A DNA stretch of 64,000 nucleotides from an uncultured delta proteobacterium (GTDB lineage Bacteria; Myxococcota_A; Polyangia; Polyangiales; Polyangiaceae), in the NCBI GenBank assembly GCA_963806225.1, contig CAWDXG010000003.1:32001-96000 (forward strand), given 5' to 3'. Position 1 is the first letter of the stretch; each line of letters starts with the position of its first letter. A model generated the notes under the pieces. It was not told the origin of the DNA. It ran no database searches and worked only from the letters and a program-made list of their open reading frames with translations. Both the position numbers and the translations under genes were made by a program. Below are positions 11,691-20,743 of the stretch, piece by piece.

Positions 11691-14600
11691 TCAGTGGAAA
11701 TCCCGTGACACGCTCGGGAGATCACGGCCCGGCACGTCCAGACGCGCGAGATCACGCACGATCAGATGCACGACCGCGGCCTCACCGCCCTGCCCCTGCC
11801 GCTCGACCTCGCCGCGGGCCAGCAGCAGCGTCGCGCGGCGCGCTACCAGATGGAACTGCTCGAACACGCTCTGGTACACGATGAGGTTCGCGTTGCCCGT
11901 CTCGTCCTCCAGCGTGATGAAGACGACGCCGCTGGCCGTTCCGGGCTGTTGACGGCAGGTAACGAGCCCCGCCACCGCGACGCGCGCGCCCTTCGGCGCC
12001 TGCATCAGCTCGCTGGCCGTGAGCACGCCCTGACGCCCGAGACGCGCCCGCAGATGCCGCATCGGGTGATCGTCGACGCTGAGCCCCTTCTTCCCGTAGT
12101 CGAGCAATAGCTGCTCCACCGGACGGAGCCCAGGCAGCGTGACCTCCGGCTCGCGCACCTCGAGCTCCGAGAACAGCCCGCCGGTGCGCGGAGCCCGCAC
12201 CTTCCACAGCGCCTGGCGCCGCCCACGCACCAGCGGCTCGAGCGCGCCGGCTTCCGCGAGCGCTTCCACTTCGTTCTTCCGGGGTCCTGCGCGGCGCAGC
12301 AGGTCGTCGAGGCTGGAGAATGCGTGCTCGGCGCGCGCCACCTCGATACGGCGTGCCGCGCCCTCGCCCAGGCCCTTGACCAACCGCAGGCCGAGCCGGA
12401 GCGCGCGGCCCTGAGCGTCCCCTTCCAGCGGCTCCAGCGTACAGTCGTAGAAGCTGTGCGCGATGCTCACGTCGCGCACCGTGACGCCGTGGCGCTGCGC
12501 GTCCTGCACGATGCTCGACGCCGAGTAGAAGCCCATCGGCTGCGAGTTCAGCAGCGCGCAGGCGAAGTACGCCGGGTAGTGCGTCTTCTGCCAGGCCGAG
12601 GCGTACACCAGCAGCGCGAAGGACGCGGCGTGCGACTCGGGAAAGCCATACTCGCCGAAGCCCTTGATCTGCTCGAACAGCGCCGCGCCGAACTCCGCGG
12701 AGATCCCCTTCTTCGCGAAGCCATCGAGCAGCCGCTGGCGGTGGCGCATCAGCTTGCCCGTCTTCTTCCACGCCGCCATGTCACGCCTGAGCTGGTCGGC
12801 CTCGCCGCCCGAGTAGCCTGCGCCCACGATGGCGATCTGCATCACCTGCTCCTGGAAGAGCGGCACGCCCAGCGTGCGCTCGAGGATGGGCCACAGATCC
12901 GGGTGCGGCGACGCGACCGGCTCCTCGCCGTTCCGGCGCTTGAGATACGGATGCACCATGCCTCCCTGGATCGGCCCGGGACGCACGATCGCCACCTCCA
13001 CCACCAGATCGTAGAAGCAGCGCGGCCTGAGCCGCGGCAGCATGCTCATCTGCGCGCGGCTCTCGATCTGGAACACGCCGACGGTGTCGGCGCGGCAGAT
13101 CGAGTCGTACACGGCGGCGTCCTCCGGCGGAATGCGCGTGATGACTTCCAGCGGATCGAAGTCCCCTTCCCCACCCAGCACGCCGTCTTCATGCAGGAGC
13201 GCCAGGCATTTGCGGATGGCCGTGAGCATGCCCAGAGCGAGCACGTCGATCTTGAAGAAGCCGAGCGCGTCGAGGTCGTCCTTGTCCCAGGGCACCACGG
13301 TGCGGCCCTCCATGCGCGCGGGCTCCACCGGCGCCACCTCGTAGAGCGGGTCGGCGCTGAGCACGAAGCCGCCCACGTGGATCGACAGATGCCGCGGAAA
13401 GCCCTCCAGCGCGCGCGCCAGCATCACACCTGGCGCAGCCGCGCGTCGTCCACGTCGAAGCCCATCTCGCCCAGGCGCTGGCTGCTCATCTCGTCGCCGT
13501 GCCAGTGGGTGATGGTCGAGCTCAGCCGATCGACCTGATCGAGCGACAGGCCGAACGCCTTGCCCACCTCGCGCAGCGCGCTCTTGCCGCGATAGCTGAT
13601 GATCTCGCTGACCATCGCCGCGCGGTCTCGCCCGTAGCGTGCGTAGATCTCCTGGATGACCTCCTCGCGGCGCTCGTGCTCGAAGTCGATGTCGATGTCG
13701 GGCGGCTCGCTGCGCTCCGCGCTCATGAAGCGCTCGAACAAGAGGTTCGAGCGCGCCGGATCCACCGCTGTGATGCCGAGCACGTAGCAGACCGCGCTGT
13801 TCGCCGCGCTGCCCCGCCCCTGGCACAGGATGCGCCGCGCGCGCGCCATCTCCACCACTTCCCACGTGGACAGGAAGTACGGCGCCACGCCGAGCTTCTC
13901 GATGAGTGCGAGCTCCTTTTCGATCTGCCGTGACACGGCAGTCGGCACGCCGCCGGGATAGCGCCGCGCTGCGCCCTCCTGCGTGAGCCGGCGGAGCCTG
14001 TCGTCCGCGCTCTCGCCGGCGTCGAGCGCGCAGGGAAAGCGATAGCGGAGCTCGCCCAGACTGAAGCGGAGCTCCGAAGCGACCTCCACCGAGCGCTCGA
14101 CCCAACCCGGATGATCGGCAAACAGCCGCTGCATCTCTGCGGCCGAGCGCAGATGCGCCTCGGCGTTGGCGCCGAGCGCGCTGCCGGCGCGATCGAGCGT
14201 GGTGCCCGTGCGGATGCAGTAGAGAACGTCCCAGAGCGCCTTGCGCGAAGCGTGGTGGTAGAGCGGGCGGCTGCTCGCCACCACGGGCAGCCCGTAGCGC
14301 ACCGACAGCGCCTCGGCGTCGCGCGTGCGCTCGCGGTCGAAGCCGTCCAGATGCCGGTGCGTCGCGACGAAAGCGCGGTCCGCAAACACGTCTGCGAGCA
14401 GCTCGAACAGCGCGTCGGGCGGCGGGCTGTCATGTGGGGTACGGGGCCCGGGCACGACCGCGACCAGCCCGGCGTTGTGCTCCGATAGAGCCGCCAGCGA
14501 CAGCGCGCTCTCGCCCTTGGGACGATCGGCGTGCGACAGCGTGAGCAGCCGGCACAGGTTCGCGTAGCCGTCGTGATCGCGAACCAGGAGCGCGACCGTG

Positions 14601-14857
14601 GGCAGCTCGACAGGCGGCTTGGCTTTGCGCCGCTTCTTCGGGGTGGGCACCTCGAGCGACAGCTCCGCGCCGACGATCACGCGCTGCCCGGTCTCCTTCG
14701 CCCGCAGGAACGCGCGCGCCGAGCCGTACAGCCCGTCGAGATCGCAGAGGGCGAGCGCGTCGAGCCCCAGCTCCCGTGCACGCGTCACCAGCTCTTCGGG
14801 GTGCGACGCCCCGCGCAGGAACGAGAAACAACTTCGAGCCAGCAGCTCGGCGAACAT
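11691..14857 (-). CDS. dnaE2: Error-prone DNA polymerase DnaE2 (ImuC), frameshift near 13425
   Basis: PHP domain MFAELLARSCFSFLRGASHPEEL, GRGSAANS, PPDIDIDFEHERREEVIQ, GFPESHAASF, C-terminal SRDFH typical of DnaE2. Confidence 0.95.
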
Positions 14858-15138
14858 CGCGGACATCTGTCCCCTCACCCGGATGACAGCGGGACACCAC
14901 GAAGGGCCGGAGTTCTTGTGGGTCGAGCGCTGTGGCGGCGACGCGCGGCTAATCCAGCGGATGGGCGGCGGGATAGCGGGCGCGACACCAGAAGCGTGAA
15001 TCCGCACGCCAAACACCGCCCACCGCGCCGGCACGAAATCCTTGAAAATCCGTCAAGCAATAGCGGATCTTCAAGGATTGTCGTCTTGGTCAGCGCCGTC
15101 ATAGCCACTTGCCATCCCAGGCGCGCGGGCGGATTCCG

Positions 15139-15609
15139 TCACAGGCACTTGCCGTCCGACCCCATCTTCTGCGAGCAGCAGATCTTCCACTCCTCGCCCT
15201 GCGGACCGAGGTCGATGACATTCAGCCCGCTGATCACGCACTGGCATTTGTTTTTGATGCTGCAGTCGTTAGAACAGCATTGACCGCTCCCTGCAGTGCA
15301 ACTCTGGCCGATGGGCTGGCAGTTGATGCATGTGTAGTTCCGGCAATACCCGGAGCAGCACTGGCTGGAGGTGTCGCACGTGGCCAGGAAAGACCGGCAG
15401 GCACCGCCGCCGGATCCCGAACTGCCTCCGCTCCCGGACTGGCCGGCGCTGCCCGAAGCTCCGCCCTGCCCTGCAGCACCGCCCCCGCCCGAGCCGGCAT
15501 GGCCTGCCGTGCCTCCGGACCCGCCGCCGTCGCTGCGGCTGCTCGTGGTCGAACCGCCGCAGCCGGCGAGCAGAGCCAGCACACACATCCAGTAGACTGC
15601 CGCTTTCAT
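15139..15609 (-). CDS. Cys-rich lipoprotein with Gly/Ser linker
   Basis: Lipobox LLAGC, GS linker, repeated C-x4/5-CCS-x2-C motifs. Confidence 0.7.
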   Translation of the reverse strand: MKAAVYWMCVLALLAGCGGSTTSSRSDGGGSGGTAGHAGSGGGGAAGQGGASGSAGQSGSGGSSGSGGGACRSFLATCDTSSQCCSGYCRNYTCINCQPIGQSCTAGSGQCCSNDCSIKNKCQCVISGLNVIDLGPQGEEWKICCSQKMGSDGKCL

Positions 15610-16568
15610 CGCTGCACCACCGCGCCGAAGATCTCCGCGTTGTGGCGCGGAGCCGGCTGCTCGGTCTCGGCCCAGGGCGCAAAGTAGCTGGCGAGGCCGC
15701 CCGGATCATCGATGAAGGTCCCGTAGCGGTAGTCGCCGAAGAAGCGTCCCTTTGGCTTGAGATCAAGCTGGCCCGGATCGATTGCGGAGTTATTCACATT
15801 GCCGAAGTCGAACCAGGTCTGGCCCTCCGGCAGCCACATCCGGACATGCGCGACCTGCCCGATCAGAGGGAAACCGCCCTGGCTGACCTCGACCCAGGTG
15901 AGGACCTGCTGGTAGCGCTCCTGCGCGTCGGTTGCGAAGCCCTCGGGCCACACCAGATCCGGCCACAGCACGTGGCGGCGCTGGGCCGACGCGTCCAGAT
16001 CTTCGCTGCGTACAACGCTGGCGCTGCTTCCGCTGACGTGAATGTCGACGACGTGGGCGGTCTGGTATCGCGCATCTCCGGCCGTCACGGCGTCCGGATA
16101 CACCAGCCTGAACTTGCCAGCGCCCTGCATGGGCACGATGCTCGGCTGACCGAGATTGTTCACCAACTGGGCTGCCGTGAGCGGACCCTGGATGAACTGG
16201 CAGTCCGGAGCGCTCGAGAGATCGATCCACTGCGCTTCGGCTGCCGGATGCTGGCGCGCCGGCAGATCCGGAAGCCGCGCCATCTTCGGACGTCGGGTAT
16301 GTGGATCGCACTGCAGCAACCACGCCTGCGGGCTGCCGTCGTGCGGATCGGCGGTGAGCGCCGTGACGCCTGCGGCGCTGTCGAAGATCGCGTCCGTATG
16401 CCAGACCGGAGTCTGGGCGAACGTGGTGCGTGCGCCGAGCACTTCCGTCTTGTGGTTGACCTGTTCGTCGACGCCGAGCGCATCGGCCCCTCCTTTGAAA
16501 AGGTCAGGACACAGGAGTGCCGCGCAAGGGACAATCGGGAACTCCGTGTTTTCGTCTCTGGATTGCAT
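15606..16568 (-). CDS. Hypothetical protein, possibly a C-terminal fragment of a beta-propeller/sialidase-like protein
   Basis: Open frame from ATG 16568 with protein-like composition. Ends FFGDYRYG...YFAPWAE. Its stop overlaps the next ATG (ATGA). Confidence 0.55.
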   Translation of the reverse strand: MQSRDENTEFPIVPCAALLCPDLFKGGADALGVDEQVNHKTEVLGARTTFAQTPVWHTDAIFDSAAGVTALTADPHDGSPQAWLLQCDPHTRRPKMARLPDLPARQHPAAEAQWIDLSSAPDCQFIQGPLTAAQLVNNLGQPSIVPMQGAGKFRLVYPDAVTAGDARYQTAHVVDIHVSGSSASVVRSEDLDASAQRRHVLWPDLVWPEGFATDAQERYQQVLTWVEVSQGGFPLIGQVAHVRMWLPEGQTWFDFGNVNNSAIDPGQLDLKPKGRFFGDYRYGTFIDDPGGLASYFAPWAETEQPAPRHNAEIFGAVVQR

Positions 16569-16578
16569 GGGACGATAA

Positions 16579-18393
16579 TCAATCGACGACAGCGTGCAGA
16601 TAGCGCCGGCCGCTTTCGCGATCGACGTAGACCAGGGCTTCGATGCCGCCTTCGGGGCTTTCGAGCCAGAGGCGGAGGTAGTCGCGATCGACGGGGGCGC
16701 GCGTCCACCACTCCACCGACGAGAGGCGCTGTTCGAACGCGACGCGCTCGATGGTGTACAGGCGCTGGTCGAGCGTGAGCACGGCGCCGGCACGGATCGG
16801 CGCCCGCAGCGGCACGGGGGCGGACAAGAGGCGCGTGGGAGCGCGTGGGAGCCCGGTCAGTGGACGGGGCACACCAGTGCCGCCCTTGCGGAGCCCAGGG
16901 GCGTTGCCTTTGCGGCCGCGCAAGGCGGACAGGGCAGAGCCGAGGCGGCTGCGTGACTCTGGGCGGTGCGCGTCGACCTGGCGCAGCACGCCGACGCTGC
17001 CTTTGCCGAGATCTGCACCGAGCTCGGCGAGCAGCACCGGCAACGCTTCGAGACCGCGCGAGCCGGCGAGCACGCCGCCGGCAACGCGCGATAGATCGAG
17101 CTGGCGCGCCACGGCGCGGACGAGCGACGGCACCTCGAGCCCGACGCCCAGCGTGGGGGCGTCGAGCTCCGTGCGCTCGAGCCGCGCGGCGATGACGCGG
17201 CTGAGCTCGGCCTCGCGCCACAGTGGCGCAGCGAGATCGAAGCGCAGCCGCAGCGTAGGCTCGGCGCCGCGCAGGCGTGCGATGGAGCGGTCGTAGTGCA
17301 GCACCAGCTCGACGACCTGCGCGGCCTGCCCGCGGCCGGACAGGCGCGCGCTCATGCGCGACACCAGCCCGCGCAGCACGAACAAGAGCGGCTGCACGCC
17401 GCCGACCGGCTCGTCCCAGGTTGTCTCTTCCGTGAGCACGGCGGGGGGCTCGTAGGCGACGAGCGGCGTGGTGTCGCGACCGGCGCACAGATCCAGCACG
17501 GCGCCGGCCTGATCGCCGAGGCGCGACGCGGCGGCCGCGCGGGGCAGCGCCGCGAGATCCCCCAGGGTGAGCACGCCGAGCCGCACCAGCCACGAGGCGC
17601 GCTCGGTGTCGAGCGGCAGCGCCGCGACGGGCAGCTCCGCCGCGAGCTCCGCACTCTGCGTGGCGGGAACGACGAGCGTGCCGCGCTCGCCCAGGCGCTC
17701 CGCCAGACTGCGTTGCCCCCAACGCGCGAAGGCCTGCGCGAGCCGCGGCCCCGACGCGATGGCCACGCGCGCGGCGTGCCCCATTGCGCGCACGCGACTG
17801 ACGAGCTCCACGGCCAGCGCGTCTTCCCCGCCGAAGAGATGCGCCGCGCCGCTGATGTCGACCCACACCGTGTCGGGCGCTTCTATGGAAACAGTGGCTC
17901 CGAACGCCAGCGCTGCCTCCGCTACGCGCCCGAGCGCGTGCTCCACGCTCGGCTCTGCCACGGCGCGCACCACGAGATGCCCGCACAGCGCACTGGCCTC
18001 GGCGATGGTCTGCCCGTCGCGCACGCCGTAGCGGCGGGCCGCGGCGTTGACGGCGGCGAGCTCGTGGGTGGGTTTGATCTCTTGCGCATCGGAGGCTTCC
18101 GGTTGGTGGTTTGTATCCCGCCCACCCACCCCCACCGGAATCCTCCCGGGGGGCTCCGCCCCCCGCGCCCCCCTTACGCGATTCGCTCCGCTCATCGCGG
18201 GCTCGCTGTCGCTTCGCTGGGTGTCTACCGGAACCGTTTGTCCTACCAGCACAATCCCCAACGGGGGATCGCGCTTCTTCTTTCCCCTCGCCTGCTTCGC
18301 GTTCGCTTCGCCGCGCGTCACGCGCAGCGCTTCCGCGCCCAGCTCGACGAGCAACCCGGGCAGCACGACGGCCGCAATGCGACGCGACGTCAT
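16579..18393 (-). CDS. imuB: ImuB, inactive Y-family polymerase homolog
   Basis: MTSRRIAAV, AVNAAARRYGVRDGQTIAEASALC, VWVDISGAAHLFGGE, C-terminal EWW...RDY...VY. Lies between imuA and dnaE2. Confidence 0.9.
   Translation of the reverse strand: MTSRRIAAVVLPGLLVELGAEALRVTRGEANAKQARGKKKRDPPLGIVLVGQTVPVDTQRSDSEPAMSGANRVRGARGAEPPGRIPVGVGGRDTNHQPEASDAQEIKPTHELAAVNAAARRYGVRDGQTIAEASALCGHLVVRAVAEPSVEHALGRVAEAALAFGATVSIEAPDTVWVDISGAAHLFGGEDALAVELVSRVRAMGHAARVAIASGPRLAQAFARWGQRSLAERLGERGTLVVPATQSAELAAELPVAALPLDTERASWLVRLGVLTLGDLAALPRAAAASRLGDQAGAVLDLCAGRDTTPLVAYEPPAVLTEETTWDEPVGGVQPLLFVLRGLVSRMSARLSGRGQAAQVVELVLHYDRSIARLRGAEPTLRLRFDLAAPLWREAELSRVIAARLERTELDAPTLGVGLEVPSLVRAVARQLDLSRVAGGVLAGSRGLEALPVLLAELGADLGKGSVGVLRQVDAHRPESRSRLGSALSALRGRKGNAPGLRKGGTGVPRPLTGLPRAPTRLLSAPVPLRAPIRAGAVLTLDQRLYTIERVAFEQRLSSVEWWTRAPVDRDYLRLWLESPEGGIEALVYVDRESGRRYLHAVVD
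18107..18219 (-). repeat. Copy of the long repeat module of the 48.1-49.4 kb array, in-frame within imuB
   Basis: Reverse complement of 18107..18146 matches 48278..48317 at 37 of 40 positions. Upstream GCGAAGC, AGCCCGCG and GGGGGCGG-AGCCCCC also align. Confidence 0.85.
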
Positions 18394-19082
18394 GAAGCCT
18401 TCTCCAGCGGCGGCTCCCATGCGATGCGCCGCGCGGAGGCAACGCGGCCGTGGTGATCCTTGGCGACGCGCAGCACGAGCTGACCAGGATGGGGCCGCGC
18501 GAGCTCGAGGCGCTGCGCGACAGGCAACGGCAGTGGGCGGCGCGCAGCGCTGTCCGTGATGAGCAGCACTGCTCCCGGCGTGCCCTGCACCGCCATGGAA
18601 AGCCGCCGCACGATGCGCGGCCAGCGACCGAGCTGCACGCCAAGCGGGCTGCCCGGCGCACCCAGCGTGTCGATGACCACGATGGCGAAGGCCTGCGACT
18701 CGACCACGCGCGCCGCCACGCGACCGAGCGCGTCGAGCGGCGGGCGCACGATCAGCAGTCGCTCGAGCGCGACACCGAGGCCGGCGACACCGGGGGCGTA
18801 CAGCGTGGCGGACGGATCGACGAAGGCGCACCAGGGCGTGTCGCCACCGCAGAGCCGCCCCTCGTCCTGCGCTGCGCGGCAGGCGGACAGAGCGAAGCGC
18901 GTGGCCAGCGCGGCGCCGCCCGCCACGGCCAGCTCCGTTACCGCGCCGCGCGCGAGCCCGCCGTCGGGCAGAGCGGCATCGAGCGCGGGCAGCCCGAGCG
19001 GCAGCGCCGCCGAGCCGCCCACCTCCGAGCCGCGGACGACCGCGGCGGGCAGCTGGGCCAGGAGATGAGCTGGAAGGGCCAT
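18390..19082 (-). CDS. imuA: ImuA, RecA-like protein
   Basis: LGLPALDAALPDGGLARGAVTEL, AFVDPSATLYAPG...GVALERLLIVRP, IVVID. Degenerate Walker A. Confidence 0.88.
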   Translation of the reverse strand: MALPAHLLAQLPAAVVRGSEVGGSAALPLGLPALDAALPDGGLARGAVTELAVAGGAALATRFALSACRAAQDEGRLCGGDTPWCAFVDPSATLYAPGVAGLGVALERLLIVRPPLDALGRVAARVVESQAFAIVVIDTLGAPGSPLGVQLGRWPRIVRRLSMAVQGTPGAVLLITDSAARRPLPLPVAQRLELARPHPGQLVLRVAKDHHGRVASARRIAWEPPLEKAS

Positions 19083-19106
19083 GGGTTGCCTCCTCGTTCA
19101 GGAGTA

Positions 19107-19122
19107 CTGAACATAATACCAG
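19107..19122. promoter_or_regulatory. Candidate LexA (SOS) box upstream of imuA
   Basis: CTGAACATAATACCAG (CTG-N10-CAG) contains the GTTCAG half-site of the Myxococcus LexA motif and lies 25 bp from the imuA ATG. Confidence 0.6.
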
Positions 19123-19211
19123 CATCCGGAAATGGAAGCCACGAGCTCCCGAGCCAGGACAGGCAAGGTCCGAGGGCGTCGCTAGCGCGCATACAAATCC
19201 ACGCGGTGGGA

Positions 19212-19516
19212 CACGTGCATTTTCCGCCCCTGGGACGCCCCACGACGACGATATGCGCGCCTCACGTGCATTTTCCGCCCCTGGGACGCCCCACGACGAC
19301 GATATGCGCGCCTCACGTGCATTTTCCGCCCCTGGGACGCCCCACGACGACGATATGCGCGCCTCACGTGCATTTTCCGCCCCTGGGACGCCCCACGACG
19401 ACGATATGCGCGCCTCACGTGCATTTTCCGCTCTCCTGGGACGCCCCACGACCACGAAATGCGCGCCTCACGTGCATTTCCGCTCTCCCGGACGCCCCAC
19501 GACCACGAAATGCGCG
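19212..19516 (+). repeat. Left tandem array: six copies of a 51-bp REP-like unit
   Basis: CACGTGCATTTTCCGCCCCTGGGACGCCCCACGACGACGATATGCGCGCCT identical at 19212, 19263, 19314 and 19365, with variant copies at 19416 and 19469. Confidence 0.95.
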
Positions 19517-19731
19517 GCGGGACCCTCGTGCGGGCGCAGGCCGGAGCGCGGAATAGCAACGCGAAGGGGCGTGGGGTGACGGGAACGCATCGCCGAGTGA
19601 CGCCGGCCGAGCACCGCGCGTGAGGGACCCGGCCGCGCGCAGCGACAGCGAGCACGGCCGGCGGCACGCCGCCGTACACGCGGGGGAGCAGCCCACGCGC
19701 AATCGGACGCGGCGCCGGCCGATGGGGGCGC

Positions 19732-20541
19732 ATGTTCTGGCATCTCACGGCACACACCCTGGCAGGCCTCCGCCCGATGGCGTCCGACAAGGAGTGCGGG
19801 GCGCTGTTCAGGGCACTGCGCCGCTGCTTTCCGCGGGTCGCCGCCGCGGTGGTGATGCCGAACCACGTTCATCTACTGGTCGAGGCATCCGATCCAGATG
19901 CGGCCCGGCGCCGGCTGGCGCGGTGTCTCGCAGCCTTCGCGCGACGCAGCGGCGCGGGGCGCATGTGGCAGCCCGTCGCCGAGCCCGTGCCCATCCGCGA
20001 CGCGAAACAGCTCGAGCGGCAGATCCGCTACGTGCACCTCAATCCGTGTCGCGCCGGCCTGGTCGACGACCCGCTGTGCTGGCCGTGGTCCACGCATCGC
20101 GGCGTGGTCGGCGCGGAGCTGCATCCGTGGGTGTCGCCGGCGGATCTTGCGACGTATCTCGGTCGCCGGGAAGCGGAAGTGCCGCGCTGGCTGCACGACT
20201 ATGTGTCGTGCGATCCTTCCGTGAACGTCACCGGCACGCCGTTTCCGGACGCAGCGCCTGCCCGCAACATACCGGCCGTGTCGCTCGCCGACATCGTCGC
20301 AGCCGCGGACGCGGCCATGCCCGGCAGTGCGCCGCGGCGCCGTCAGCTGTTCGCTCTGCTCGCGCGTCACCAGGGCTGGCGCGACGCGCGACTGGTCGCC
20401 CAGGCCGCCGGCATCACGCCCAGCCAGATCCGCCGGCTCGCGCGGCGGAGCGATCCCGCGCTCGTGCGCCTCGGTGCGCTCCATCTCGGCGACGCACGGC
20501 TCCGCCATGTGCCGGATTTCCGCGGGCGACCACGCTACTAG
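19732..20541 (+). CDS. HUH Y1 tyrosine transposase (RAYT/TnpA-REP-like) with C-terminal HTH extension
   Basis: N-terminal WHLT strand, HUH motif MPNHVHLLV, MWQ, catalytic Tyr in IRYVHLNPCRAGLV, WPWST. C-terminal helix-turn-helix-like RLVAQAAGITPSQIRRL. Confidence 0.88.
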   Translation: MFWHLTAHTLAGLRPMASDKECGALFRALRRCFPRVAAAVVMPNHVHLLVEASDPDAARRRLARCLAAFARRSGAGRMWQPVAEPVPIRDAKQLERQIRYVHLNPCRAGLVDDPLCWPWSTHRGVVGAELHPWVSPADLATYLGRREAEVPRWLHDYVSCDPSVNVTGTPFPDAAPARNIPAVSLADIVAAADAAMPGSAPRRRQLFALLARHQGWRDARLVAQAAGITPSQIRRLARRSDPALVRLGALHLGDARLRHVPDFRGRPRY

Positions 20542-20542
20542 G

Positions 20543-20702
20543 CACGTGCATTTTCCGCCCCTGGGACGCCCCACGACCACGAAATGCACGCCTCACGTGC
20601 ATTTTCCGCCCCTGGGACGCCCCACGACCACGAAATGCACGCCTCACGTGCATTTTCCGCCCCTGGGACGCCCCACGACCACGAAATGCACGCCTCACGT
20701 GC
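20543..20702 (+). repeat. Right tandem array: three 51-bp units plus a partial unit
   Basis: CACGTGCATTTTCCGCCCCTGGGACGCCCCACGACCACGAAATGCACGCCT at 20543, 20594 and 20645, then CACGTGC. Same orientation as the left array. Confidence 0.95.
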
Positions 20703-20743
20703 CTGCGCGGCTCCGCCCAACCCCACGATGATAGGCTCCGGGC

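Noticed and set aside
14870..16578. Integron cassette array between imuB and dnaE2
   Set aside because: No attC-type RYYYAAC/GTTRRRY boundaries were recognised and no integron integrase is present.
18394..19455. N-terminal extension of ImuB to 958 aa with 17-aa repeats
   Set aside because: The frame runs through imuA and the repeat array by chance. The ATG at 18393 overlaps the imuA stop (ATGA) and fits ImuB.
19212..20702. CRISPR array
   Set aside because: Units abut with constant linkers. There are no unique spacers and no cas genes in the window.
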